DNA of 64,000 bases from the NCBI GenBank assembly GCA_951406725.2, contig OX597834.1, forward strand, positions 1,364,001 through 1,428,000, written 5' to 3'. The position numbers and the translations under genes were made by a program. This document shows positions 42,074-56,390 of the stretch, piece after piece. Source of the DNA: Octopus vulgaris. Its lineage: Eukaryota. How positions within the stretch are numbered: position 1 is the stretch's first letter; every line of letters starts with the position of its first letter. The notes beneath the pieces are model-generated. The model was given only the letters and a program-made list of their open reading frames with translations. It did no database searches and was not told the DNA's origin.

Positions 42074-42485
42074 TTGATTTGATTTTGTTGAGAAAATATT
42101 TCTATCCAGCAAGGCTTTTATTAAACCTGTACCAAAGTGACTTGCTGCAGAAAGTGTCTTGCATATTTTTATTCTTTTCCAAGTAAATATATTTTTTGGT
42201 TCTCGTCTGGATATTCCTCTAAATTTCCCTTTGTTAAAACCACTTCCGATTCTCCTCCATTTTGTTACCTATTTCCGCTGCATAAAATCTAAGCAATCCA
42301 AACTATAGAATCGTTGTCTCTTTACTTTTGTTGTGCCGCCATGTTTCTGTGGTAAATTGAAACAAAATGGCAAAACGAAATAAAACTGAAAGAAGCGAGA
42401 GATGTGTGCAGTGTGAAAGGTTGCTCAAGTTCAACTACAAAATTAAAAGACTAGAATATGTTTGGAGATTCGTTTATTGTTGTTG

Positions 42486-42543
<58 letters not shown>

Positions 42544-42974
42544 GAAAGTATGAACAATACATTATAGATTTATTTTCTATATTTAATAAAGAATACAAAA
42601 ATAATAAAAGAACAGAAGCAATCGATAAATAAAACAATTGTTTGTTTGTTTGTTGTTTTTTGGGGGTTTTTATTGCCCAATTATTTTTTAGATTGGCGAG
42701 GGAATGAAGGAGAGAATGTTTTAGGTCTGTTAACGATGTCGGAGACTTGTGGGTGGAATAGAAAGAGATATTCTTAGATTTGAGACTTGGCCAGGATTCC
42801 TAGAACAGTTTAATCCGTCAAAGCATGTGGACGGATGGGTGCGTATGTGTGTCTGTGCGCGTGTCTAAACGATATATACATAAGTACATACATACATACA
42901 TACAAACATACACATATATATATGTATATGTATATATGTATGTATGTACGTATGTATATATTGTATATATACAG

Positions 42975-45110
42975 ACATCTTCGCCAGACATCGACATGAA
43001 ACTTCAACAATTCATGTCTGTAATGTAAGCCATATGCTACAAATGTGTCCCAGAGAGAAAGGCCACTGTACACAAGAGCAAAATCCCCAGAGAGAGGAAA
43101 ATTCTGAGACGGCGTACAAAAGTTTCAAATCGCGTAAACAAACAAATTGAAAGCAGTGAAAATTCCCGCCTGAAAATAAAACTGTTGGAAATTGAAAAAT
43201 GTCTGCAACTCTCCCATGAAAAAGAAAAAGCAGACAAAGAAGCCTGGGCTATAGACAACATAAAATCTAACCCCAGAGCTTTCTACAGGTATGCCAAAGA
43301 AACAGCTACGGTGCACTGTAGGATAGGGCCACTCCTTGAAAAGGCTCGCACACTCACAGGAAATCCAATGAGGGTAAGTGAAATACTAAATGAGCAATTC
43401 AAGAGTATTTTCACGCCACCCCTAGGGCATTTTCAAGTCAGCAATCCAACTGACTTCTTTACCACTGCAGATATAAAATCGGAGGCAGCGATGATTGATT
43501 ACATCAATATAAAGGAAGACGATGTAATAAAGGCTATTGATGAAATGAAAACAAACTCAGCTACTGGCCCAGATGGATTCCCAGCAATCATTCTAAAAGT
43601 ATGTAAGAGAGTCCTAGCAAGACCATTGCAGTTGCTCTTTCAGAGCTTCCTTGCAACTGGCAAACTTCCAAGAAAACTGAAGGAAGGTAAAATATGCCCT
43701 ATTCATAAAGGAGGTAACAAAGCGGAGGCCAAGAACTACAGACCTATCTCTCTGACCTCACACATCAGCAAGGTCATGGAACGAATAGTCAGAAGGAAAC
43801 TAATCACCTTCCTTGAAGAAAATGACTTGCTGCCGGACACCCAACATGGTTTCCAACCAGGAAGAAGCTGCTTAACTCAGCTCCTACAACACTATGACTT
43901 GGTGCTGAAACGACTGCTCAACCACTCAAATGTGGAAGTCATATATCTCGACTTTGCAAAGGCCTTTGATAAAGTCGATCATGGAATGCTATGTCACAAA
44001 CTGCGGGATCTTGGCATAGTTGGAAAATTGGGAGAATGGCTTCATGAGCGGTGTTCCGCAAGGCACTATTTTGGGACCACTACTGTTCATAATGGCCCTC
44101 TCAGACATGCCCTCAGCCACGCAGAGAGCCACAATCACAAGTTATGCAGATGATACAAAAGTTTCACAGGCAATACAGAACCCTGAAGACATTAAGCACC
44201 TGCAATGTGAGCTGGACAAAATATATAAGTGGGCTGAAAAGAATAGCATGCAGTTCAATGCTGAAACGTTTCAAGCTCTATGCTATCAGCACGCAAAACT
44301 AAATGCAATACCCAATAAATACACTGGACCTGGAGGGACTGCAATCCCAGAGGCACAATCAGTGCGTGACCTGGGTATTTACATGAGTGATGATGCAACC
44401 TTTCATGTGCATGTTGCTAAATTGGCAATGAAATGCAGGCGGCTGACCGGATGGATTCTTAGAACCTTCAGAACAAGAGACCAGGAAACCATGATGGTCC
44501 TTTGGAGGACACTTGTCCTAAGCCACTTTGACTATTGCTCTCAGCTATGGTCACCATCCAGTGTCAAGTTAATCACAGAACTTGAGGCGATCCAACGAAG
44601 CTACACGAAGAAGATAGCCTCTGTGTAGCATATAAGCTATTGGGAAAGACTCAAGAGATTGAGACTCTATTCATTAGAGCGTAGACGAGGAAGATATGCC
44701 ATAATATACATCTGGAAGATCCTAGAAGGACCTGTCCCAAACTTTGGCATCGAGAGTTACACAAATGCCAGAACTGGGCGCCACTGCATAGTGCCAAGGA
44801 CTCCAAATTTGCCATCAAGATGTAGGACAAGATAGCCTGGGCTTCCGAGGCCCACAGCTCTTCAATATCCTCCCGAAGAACCTAAGAGACATGCATGGGG
44901 TTGACGCAGATGTCTTTAAAATCTTGTCAGGTGTCCCAGATGAACCAACTTCGCGGCAGGAGGTGCAGATGAGGGCAACTGCATCGAACTCTCTCATGCA
45001 CCAAATGGCAATTGCTAAAAAGCACTCGTGAAGTAAAATCATGTAGCAACACCAAATGGCGGTGCCCCAGCATGGCCACAGCTTGTGAGCTGAAACTAGA
45101 TAAATAAAAA
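42975..45110 (+). mobile_element. CR1/L2-group LINE, 5'-truncated, with internal deletion and frameshift
   Basis: ATGPDGFP, NYRPISLTS, QHGF, YLDFAKAFDKVDH, SGVPQGTILGPLLF, YADDTK, WILRTFR; 3' tail GGCGGTGCCCCAGCATGGCCACAGC...GCTGAAAC plus A-rich end. Confidence 0.9.
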
Positions 45111-45139
45111 ATATATACATAAATATATATTCATATATA

Positions 45140-45305
45140 TGTTAGAAAATTTGGAGATGATGTACAGGTATTTTATATTAGAAGAAATGAGATGCTCAGA
45201 AATTCGGACGGTTTTAGATTTACAGATATTTATATACATCATATATATATACATCATATATCATATATTAGCGCTTTCGTCCATTCTAGTGGAGTTTTCA
45301 AATTC
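45140..45305 (-). mobile_element. Penelope-like pLTR remnant with degenerate hammerhead
   Basis: Minus strand: TTGAAAA-cTCCA ctagaa TGGAc-GAAA-GCGC-TA; 45178-45232 is homologous to 32648-32702; lies in (TA)n context. Confidence 0.45.
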
Positions 45306-45314
45306 AAATATATG

Positions 45315-45896
<582 letters not shown>

Positions 45897-45994
45897 CAGT
45901 CTGACATACACACACACATGCACATGCGGTGCCCCATCATGCCCTCAGCCACGCTTGGCTGAAACGCATAAAAAAATAAAAGTATACATGTCTG

Positions 45995-46815
45995 TCTATA
46001 TATAGGACACTTTTCGTGGAGAAGACGGGCGATAAACATTATGTGAAAAGTGCTTCCATATTGGAACTCGAAGATATCCAGGTTTACAACAGGAAGTAGC
46101 AAACGATGGATGAGATTAGGAGACAGACGTTATCCAGGAGAGAGATTCCTCCTGCTGTTGTCGCACTCTGCACAGCTGCCCTTGGGTTTGCAGATTCTGG
46201 CAAATATTGGAGTGTTTCCACCTGTCAGGTATACTCTTCCCTTGCCAACAGAGTGAAGATGAGATGTAAGGTGACGTTCACCATACTTGTAGGTCTCTCC
46301 TAGGATCCCATCTTCACCAGAAGACTTACTGTTTTTGAGAAAGTAGATCGTCTGTTGGACTTCATCAAGTGCTGGAGGTATGTTAAGCTTTGTCAGGACA
46401 GGAAGATCTGGAACCTCTTCAAGAGCCGCGGAGTCCGTGGGGTTGACTCGATTGAAAAGTTCTTGAAAAGATTCGGTTCACCTTTGAAGTATCGCAGTTT
46501 TCTCTTTCAGTAATATGCCATTCGATGATCTCACCTTTCTGCATGGGGCCGAAGTTTCTCACAATCGAGTTGCAGAACTGCAAAACGTTGAATTTCTTTC
46601 GCCTTTCGAAGTTACCAATCGTTTTGAGCATCCTTGATGTCACGCAGTGTGGTGGCCGAAGCATTCTTCAATTTTTGGGTGCAGGAATGCAAAGCCCTGG
46701 TTGGCTAGAACAACATCGTGGGGTTTGTTCTTTTACAACAGGAACGGTTGTAGGACTTCGACCGATTCATCAAACCAGCCGAAGTTGCGTCACAAAGTTG
46801 TTCCAAGGGATTGGC
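45995..46815 (-). mobile_element. RTE-clade LINE internal fragment, heavily decayed
   Basis: Broken frames give W.xRKAKEIQRFA, CWQGKSIPDRWKHSNI and KPKGSCAECDN (start of RTE-type RT). Confidence 0.55.
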
Positions 46816-46821
46816 ACTGAT

Positions 46822-46964
46822 ATTGCAACTCATTTCTGCAGCTGAACTGGAACGACGTCAAATAAAGCGTCTTGCTCAAGAACATAACACTCAACCCGCT
46901 TCGCGAATCGAACGCTCTACCTCATGATTGTATACCCAACGCTCTAACCACTGAGTCATATGCC

Positions 46965-46966
<2 letters not shown>
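46822..46966 (-). mobile_element. SINE 5' portion (family of 45354-45690)
   Basis: AGGCATATGACTCAGTGGTTAGAGCG...GTTCGATTC...TCTTGAGCAAGAC. Confidence 0.8.
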
Positions 46967-47044
<78 letters not shown>

Positions 47045-47735
47045 TTATGTAATATGACGTGTGTGGGTGTATTACCATGGTTCTTTCTCCAGAACTTCCA
47101 CCAAGGAAGACAAAAGTTTGGTCATACGATTGATATTTCATAACCCTTTTCATCTAAGGAATATTTGATTCCAAATTGGTTTGATTTGGCAGAAGTCACG
47201 TCTCGCATGAACACCATTAAGTTTCAGAAGCGAAATTCTTCATAGTAAGATATTCCGATGGAATGGAATCATTTATGTGGAATCGGCTGAGGATAGCAAA
47301 AAAGTCGCTTTTTGACAATTGTTGCAAATTAACAAATTAACACGTCAACAGTGAATATATATGCTACGTTATTACATATTATACATAGATATACGGGTGA
47401 ATATATTATATATATATTATATATATATATATATATATATCGCTTAATATTAATCACATGAACTTCCATATATTATTCACCCCACATACACATTCCCACA
47501 CTTTCCATTCCATAACCACTCACTTCCTACTCTCCCACCCCACACCTACATAAATGACCAACACTAATGTGTCTCATTAGAACCAATCAAATTTTACCTT
47601 ATTTAGTACAAGGCACATTTCACAACCAATGAAAAACACGTTTGTTTCCAACAGTGATTGCTCAGTGAAACTACATACATACACACACACGCTGTGTGTA
47701 TATACACACATATATATATATATATATATAGAGAG

Positions 47736-47766
<31 letters not shown>

Positions 47767-47816
47767 TAGCAGGAATATATATAGATAGATTTATACATAC
47801 ATACATATTGATAATA

Positions 47817-48573
47817 TACAGGGTGGGGCAAAATGAACTGACACTTCTAGGTTTAATAAAAGCGAAATAGAGAAAACAATGAAAAATAATACCATTTAAT
47901 TTCAATTTGTTTTTAAAATTATCTCATTCAAATGTTTGTTATTATTGTCTACACTCTGTTGAAATGATCCTCGTCACTGAAAAGCACAATAGCAGCATGA
48001 GTGGACATGTTGTATTTCCAAACACAATATTCTACGATTCTCATGGTCTCCTTCGCTGAGTTCCTGTACCAACAGCATTTTGTATGGATGCATTTACAGT
48101 TCCTTGTGAAGAATTCTTCTCAAACTTCTACCTGAAAGTCCAAGAGCAGCGGCGTGTTCCCTTGCCGAACGTCATGGAAGCTGTTGAATTGAAGCTCTTG
48201 CTGCTGTCACATTTTCCGGAGTCCTGGCGGTCCGCGGCCGGTTGATGTTTGTTTCAATACTGAATCATTAGCTCTGAAGTTGGTAACTCATAATAAAATC
48301 GTGTTTCGAGCAGGTACGGAATCATGTCCATCGAGTCTAAAGTGTACACCGAAAGCTCTTTGCGTTGCAGTTACCAATTCTTTGTTCTTGATAAACGTTT
48401 CCACAATGAAAGCGCGATGCTCGCCTGCCCAATCCATATGAGTAATCACAAACAGAATGAAACAAAATGGCATTATATGTACATTTTGAAAATAAAAACA
48501 CTTTTTTCATTATCTATTCTATTCAGCGTTTATTAAACCTACAAATGTGTCAGGTCATTTTGCCCCACTCTGT
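47817..48573 (-). mobile_element. Internally deleted Tc1/mariner DNA transposon with both TIRs
   Basis: TIRs (TA)CAGGGTGGGGCAAAATGAACTGACAC and GTGTCAGGTCATTTTGCCCCACTCTG(TA); N-terminal HTH remnant EHRAFIVETFIKN..VTATQRAF. Confidence 0.88.
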
Positions 48574-48578
48574 ATGTG

Positions 48579-48611
<33 letters not shown>

Positions 48612-48743
48612 TCATAAATATACATATATATATATACATATATACATATATATATATATACAAATACACAATTACACACACACACACACACACTCACGCA
48701 CACTCACTCACACACACACACACGCACGCACGCACACACACAC

Positions 48744-48792
<49 letters not shown>

Positions 48793-49618
48793 TATATATA
48801 TATATATCATGCATTAATGCATGCAATATTTTTAATGTCAGAAACCAAGAAAGAGATGCTCAAGAGATAGAGAACAGTGAATTCCTATCTTTATTCACTG
48901 AAGTCGAATGTTATTCTTGCAGTCGTTAATGTTTTCGCGCCAATCAACCTTTCTACAAACAGTATTCCAATGCACACATGATTCTAACATGGAAACGGAT
49001 CGATTGTTTACCATTAAATTTACGATGTTCCTGATTCCGGCCGAAGACATTCCACTTTCTGGAATTACTTCCCTTTACTTCCAAACCCCTTAGTGAAGAA
49101 TCTGATATTCGAATGAAACTTCAGTTCAATCATTACCAAAGATTTAAAACCAAAAGCTGTCTCTGCGGTCGCTGGACGAGATAAAACACCAAGTCGCCCT
49201 AGAAGAGGACAAATTGAGAAATAAACCTTCAAGTATATCACGATGGTTTGATTTAGTATGGGGAGCAGTTATTCTGCTGATGCTTGTTCTGGATAGTTCT
49301 AGAAGCATGTTCTGATAGTTCTGGATGTCATTGATATACGATAAACTATATTCACTGAGCCACTTCGAGAATTTATTGGGTTTACATGTCCATATTACAT
49401 GTAAGCGCACGTCTGTATGTGTATATATATATATGATACAGTAAACACGAGTGGCGTTTAAAGTTCACAACAGCTGTTTTCGTAAAAAATTATTCAATGC
49501 AACCGTAAAAGATTACATTATAATATACAATCCACCATCATCAGATAAAATCTATCCTGTTTAAAATTATATCTGATGATTATTGCATATTATGATCTAC
49601 TTACGACTACATTGAATA

Positions 49619-49750
49619 ACTCTTTCTACTTTAGGTACAAGGCGTGAAATTTGTGGTTGGAAGGTCAGTCTATGCTACTAACAACTGTACGCAACTGGTA
49701 TCTATTTTATCGACCACGAAAGGATGAAGGGTGACGTCGACCACGGTGGT
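49619..49750 (-). mobile_element. SINE fragment (family of 7546-7751)
   Basis: CTTTCTACTTTAGGTACAAGGC...CAACTGGTA...TTTATCGACCACGAAAGGATGAAGG. Confidence 0.75.
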
Positions 49751-50139
49751 ATGACGACTACTTTTAATTATATTCAACCGAAACAGCAGTCGCAAATTTG
49801 GAAACACCGTTGGTGTTTATTTTTTTATACATAAACCACACCAAGGACACACTGGTGAGTTTGATCGGTTACAAATTGGATTTGGTATCCGCGTATCTAT
49901 GGCATCCTGCCAGCACTTGTGCCTAGCCAATTTGGGGCGTCATACATGCTGATGTGTCTTGATTGTTAAGGAATCCGTATAACTAATTTAGATGTGTGTA
50001 TGTGTTTGTACCTGCGTAGGTAGTTATATGTGTATACTTATAATATGGATGCACACACTTGTGCCTGAGTACATATACATGTTATATATATCATATATGT
50101 GTGTATGTATATATATATATTTATATACATATGTATATT

Positions 50140-50186
<47 letters not shown>

Positions 50187-50987
50187 ATGTGTGTATCTAT
50201 GTAACTATGTATATGTATTTGTCTCTTTATATTCATATGTATATACAAAACTATATATACACGCATAAATGTGTTCACACACACACGTGTGTGTGTATGT
50301 ACATGTGTGTGCGTCTGCACGAATGTATAATAACTATGCTTGTCACCAATTACCAGAACCAACAGTGAAACAATGTGGAACCATGGCATTAGTTGATCTC
50401 ATGTTTTCATGTGATCCAATGGTTATATGTGCACGTGAATACACACTCACGTGCTAACACACGAGTCTGACCATATCGACCCCATCCTCCTACATACATG
50501 TGTGTATGTGTATGTATGTATATATATGTATGTGTGTGTGTGTTTATATATATATGTGTGTGTGTGTGTATATATATGTATGCAAGTGTGTATGTATGAA
50601 TGGTATGACAAGTGTCAGTAATTCTTATATACAATCTATAATTGTGTATCTAAATAAATATTCTCTGACTCAGAGACCAGAGCGTTGACGCACCATGCGC
50701 ATACGCCCAGACACGCCCTCCCCTACACACACACACACGCACACATACACAGAGCTACCTTTTTATCAATCTATCATTTTATCGATTTCTCTGTCTTTCT
50801 GTCAACCTATCTGTTTGCCTATATATATGTATGTATACATCTGTGTCCATATATATAACGTGTGCATGTATGTATGTATGTATGTATGTATGTATGTATG
50901 TATGTATGTTGAAATTACCCATGCTGGTGGAATAATTATTCGTCCGTAGTAGCTCTTCTTCCTGTTCTTCTTCATTGCAGGCAAACA

Positions 50988-51230
50988 ATGGATTCCAAGC
51001 AGAGGCAATGTACCATTATTGCGTTTTCGACGATAAAGCAGGGTTGCAGTCTGTCTAACACCCGCAGACGGCTACAGGATTTTTGTTTCCGAGATAGCAC
51101 TCCTATCAAAAGCAATGTGCACAGATGAATGTCACAAATCGCCAGTGAGCGGACGAAGTGATTCCCGAGGACAGAGAAGCCACAATACATGAAGCGGACT
51201 GTGGTCAAAGGTACCAGAGAGGATGGTGGA
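50988..51230 (+). mobile_element. Possible mariner transposase N-terminal remnant
   Basis: MDSKQRQCTIIAF...SLSNTRRRLQ...SNVHR*MSQ..SERT...PRT resembles the mariner HTH region. Confidence 0.35.
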
Positions 51231-51495
51231 AGACTTTCGGTATGATAGACGTCTTAATCTATAAAAAAGCCCATAAATCTACTCACCTTTCATGCACACA
51301 TTTTCCATCACAGATACTAGTGTATATATACAGACATACATTTACATTCAGACTGTTGGTATTTTAATAAATTTGTTACAAAATTTAAAATTTTACAACT
51401 CGTTTTAAGACTTGGGTACATTTTCAACCCCAAAACCCACTCTCCTGTATTCTTTCATTTGTGAGAACACACTTCTTTTCCCATACATCTGTGTC

Positions 51496-51550
<55 letters not shown>

Positions 51551-51600
51551 AGAGTGAGAGAGTGTGTGTATGTGTGTTTGTATGCATGTATGTATGCATG

Positions 51601-53245
51601 CGGAGGTCATTTAGCTAACTCTCCATAAAAGAGTTGTTTTGGCATCCTTGAATCCTTCATCCTGACCAGATGACCACTCCATCTGAGCCTTTGCTTTAAC
51701 ACAAGAGCTTCTATACTTTCACACCGAGAGCCTTCCAATATTTCAAGATCACTGTGCGGTCCTTCCACTTAATGCCATAGATCCGTCTGATGGAAACGTT
51801 CCAGTTGTTTAAGGTGGTATCGATATGTGACCCACGTCTCGCAGGCATAGAGAAGAGAAGGGAGCACACATGCCTTGTACACCTTTATCTTCGTCTTTCT
51901 GCATATGTCTCGCCGACTCCAGAGGCGCCTTTCTAGCCTTCCGAAAGCAACACTTGCTTTCCTAATTCTATATGGAATTTCATCATCCAAATTGCTATAT
52001 CTATTAATAGTGCTTCCCAGGTAGACAAACTGATCAACTACATCAAGTCGTTTACCATACACATAGATATTTGGTACACTATACTGCTTACCAGGGGCAG
52101 GTTGATGCATGACAACAGTTTTCTTGAGATTGACTGTCAATCCTAAGGCAGTGCAAGCATCAGAGAATGCATTCAAAATGTGTTGCATATCAATCTGTGT
52201 GTGTGCTACTAGCTCACAATCATCTGCATACAAAAGGTCTCTTATGATAGAGGTAAATACCTTTGTTTTTGCAGCAAGGCGCCTGGATATTAAATATGCT
52301 GTCAGAGGTTCGATAATGGACGTAAACACCGTATCTGCAGTTTCTGAATGCAATACAAAACACCATCGCAAAATATATGGAAAATAGGGTCGGTGCCAGA
52401 ATATTCCCCTGTTTCACTCCATTTTGTATTGAACTGGGCTCCGACATTTTCCCTCTAACATTCGCCCTGCCATTCATGTTTTCATGAAAAGACCTAACCA
52501 AAGCAAGGAACTTTTCAGGACACCCAAGTTCCTGGAGGACTTTCCACAATGCTTTTCTATTGACGGTATCAAAGGCTTTTGTCAGATCGACAAAAACCTG
52601 ATACAAATCCAGACCCTGTTCCACACACTTCTCCAAAAAACCAAAACATAAACTAAAAAAGAGGTATAAGGACTTGCTGAAGGCATCCTTAAGAGATGCT
52701 TGCATCTCTCCTGACACATGGGAAGGCATAGCTATTGATCGTAGCTGGTGGAGAAGGATTGCGCACGAGGGGACAGCCACTTTTGAGAAATCTCGAGTTG
52801 CACATGAGAAAGTAAGTAGGGATGTCAGGAAGGGCATCGCTGTTACACTTCCAGACGGGAAGGATCTTCCTTTGATGCTGACATGCAATGTCTGTGCAAG
52901 ACCCTGTCTCAGTAAAGCTGGACTCAAGAGTCATCTTCGTAGTCATAAAGCGAGACAAATGAGTGACAACCTGGCCACTGGTGGTGGTGTAACACACCAT
53001 ACTAATCATATCTGTCAGGCATGTGGAAGAGAGTGTAATTCGGTCGGAGGACTTAAACGACATGCAAAGGTACATGAAGCCCAGTTACAACTACAGCCGG
53101 CCATTACCGGTAAAGGTTTTAGTTGCCAATTCTGTACAAGACATTGTAGATCTTTAACTGGGCTAAAAAGTCACATTCGATCACAGCACCAGTAGCAGTT
53201 AAGCTTCATGCAATGGCCATACTCGATAACGAGAGGGCAGCCATA
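51601..53245 (+). mobile_element. RTE-clade LINE with twin-priming 5' inversion
   Basis: 51601-~52635 is inverted RT (FVDLTKAFD, GVKQG, LLYADD, LRWSGHLVRM, PKQLFYGEL); ~52647-53245 is the sense C-terminus with three C2H2 fingers and 3' UTR; candidate TSD ATGTAT(G/A)CATG. Confidence 0.9.
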
Positions 53246-53354
53246 ATGTATACATGAACGTATATGTTCATTAGCATCCATAATGGAAAATATGTGCATG
53301 GAAGATGTGCCATATGTGCCAGTATGGCTTTACACACACACACACACAGTCAGT

Positions 53355-53408
<54 letters not shown>

Positions 53409-53429
53409 CATACATACATAGATAGATAC

Positions 53430-53518
<89 letters not shown>

Positions 53519-54404
53519 CGTTAGTAGCAGTAAAATTAGCGAAAACCAGCAGATTCGCTTGCATAAAGTAGATTATTAATTTAATTTTAATCTGTGCATG
53601 GCAGCCATTTTGAAATATTACAATTTCGTGATTAAATCCATAAATGAGAGCTGAATATGTGAAACATAAAGCTTTTGAAACTTTTATTTTATGGTGTAAT
53701 ATATAGGTTCACCTGACTAAACCAGAAGGTGTGCTCTGTGGTCTGAGCCACTGGTTACGAGGCTACAAACCCAAGAGTTTGCTTACGGCAAGATCGGTCA
53801 ACCAAAGGTTTCTACTTTGATGACTTATCTGTGTGAATTATGTGTTCAAACTAGATATTGTTTCATCTGTTTGGCTTCAGCCCCAAATTTACGAACCGTA
53901 ACACTTTAATCATTGTTTCACTTTGTCCATAGTCTTTGATCACAGAGTAACTCACGGCAACAATTTACCTATCGGCTGAAGTGTGACTTCAGGAAACTGT
54001 TATTGCAAAAACTTTCCGTTTCTTGCTTTTGTGCCCCAGAAAGCATTTATTGGTTATCTCTTGATATCCAGTATCTTTTGGAATTATGTAGTTTAGAATG
54101 CCCTAATTTCGCTCCATTTCTGCTGAATACCGGTAATATCGTTTCGTACGTCCCCGGTCTCAGCACTGATCCATAACAGACGAACGTATTTCTGCATGTA
54201 GCTTCTTGAAGAAGATGGCCCTTGTGTGAGTTTGATTCGGAAGTCTGGTGTGTGGGAAGAACCAGCATGGTTGGGGTATTCGATGCTGAAACCTAAATGG
54301 TCAAACATGAACGTAAATGTTTCAATTCTTTTCTTTTAAAGGAGAGGCGAGAGAAAGAAATGCCTCAAATATTGCATCAACAATTAAATCACCTCTAAAC
54401 ATGT

Positions 54405-54475
<71 letters not shown>

Positions 54476-54878
54476 TACACACACACATAAACACACACAC
54501 ACAAACACTCACACTTACATATATATAAAGTTATAAATGACGAGAGAAATAGTAAGATGAAATTTATGTAACTATAAGAAAATTCAAATATATCACGACA
54601 AGTAAAGATAATTTATTTCATTATATTTGATAATAAATAAATTACTTAGATGTCTGCGATAATACAAAGAATCTTTTAAAATAATGCAGAAATTAAGCGA
54701 CGTCCTGAGGGGAAAGAAAAATCTTATCATAGCATATATTCTATGTTTTGTAGAATCACGCATTAAAGAGCTATATTTTGTACTACCGGATTACTTGAAT
54801 CTATATATTGTTTCTTTAATATGTCTGTGTGTGTGTGTATCATGTACATATGTATGTGAGTATATGCATGTGTGTATA

Positions 54879-54956
<78 letters not shown>

Positions 54957-55628
54957 AATTTATAAGCGGCTGCACTTAATGCTTGGTTTATCAACGTTTC
55001 CGATACTGTGGTTTGTCTCCATCACAGTCCAAAGTCTTGTATTTCCGTTTCGCCATTTGAAGAATTTCCGAGACTGGCGGCAGTTACGATTGAGATTCCT
55101 GCAATCTGCGATCCGTTCATCTCTCTGTCCTTCTTCACAGACAGAACACCTCATTCCACATCAAACCCAACCACCTGTCCTGTCCAGTAAATTACAGTAA
55201 AACTAAGACTCTATTATCCAGATTACCGTTTCAACTTTCTGAACTTTAGGTGCGATTTGAGGCCTATTTTGCTACAATGTTTAGAAAGATCGACAAACCA
55301 CATAAAATGCTCCCCAACCCTGCACGGCTTCAGCGTTGAAAGGTATCACAGTGTTGCTGTTGTGTAGAATACGCTGTGGATGCGTTGTGTATTACTGTGT
55401 ATAAATGTGTTTTATATTTAGAGTAAAATATAAAGCATACTGCAAAGGGCTTTTTAATATTGAATAAAAATGATACACACACACATACATATATCTGCAC
55501 GTATAAATATATATAAATATATATATGTACGTGTGGTGTATATATATACATACATACACATATCCACTACGCTAGAACAAGCATGCTAAGATATACAAAC
55601 TCGTATATCTATCTATATATATATATAT

Positions 55629-55696
<68 letters not shown>

Positions 55697-55871
55697 AGAT
55701 GAACACACACACACATAAAACATAATATATATATTTTTTTTTTCTGCCACCCAACGGTTCTCGCGGCAGTAGCCACTGACAGCCGAACGCTCAAACGCAC
55801 ACACGTACACAAAAAATGTTTTCTACCCCTACGCCAACACACACATATATAGAACAGTATACACACACACA

Positions 55872-56275
55872 CGTCTCTAAGTAGATTTTTTCTCGCCCCT
55901 TATAAAACATCCAATATTCCTTAAATAGTCAGAACTTTATTCTCGGTCACAAAGAACACCCACACACCCTCACCCACATGATTGACCGATGCCTGACCCG
56001 TTAAATTCTTCAGCCACCGGTTCTCAACATACACTGATAAACAGTTTCGCCATGGGCTCTTAGGAGCCTAGTTCGATTTGTTTTTGCTCCGCCTCTGTTC
56101 TGTTTTTGTTTTTCCAACGGATTTCCTATTTTCTTCCTGAAGAGAAAGACACAATATGGTCCCATTATTCAATCGGAATTTGGTAATTTGTGCCTTTCGA
56201 AACACGTGTAGAATGAAATAAAACGATTTCTGTTCAATCTGCGTTCAGCTCCATTTCTTCAATTCACCAATAATG

Positions 56276-56277
<2 letters not shown>
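55872..56277 (+). mobile_element. Penelope-like 3'/pLTR fragment with hammerhead
   Basis: Hammerhead followed at once by AATAAA (56217), ~55 nt, then (TA)n. Confidence 0.6.
56130..56218 (+). ncRNA. Minimal type I hammerhead ribozyme
   Basis: TTTCTTC-CTGAAGA(56137)-GAAAGACACAA...TTGTGCCTTTC-GAAAC-ACGT-GTA-GAATGAAA; palindromic ACACGTGT stem III; GUA site after 56210. Confidence 0.8.
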
Positions 56278-56349
<72 letters not shown>

Positions 56350-56390
56350 ATATAAATCTCCGAACGAGATGTAAACAGTAACCGCTCGAC

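Noticed and set aside
52674-53195. Host C2H2 zinc-finger gene
   Set aside because: Contiguous with RTE C-terminal motifs and 3' UTR; lacks TGEKP linkers
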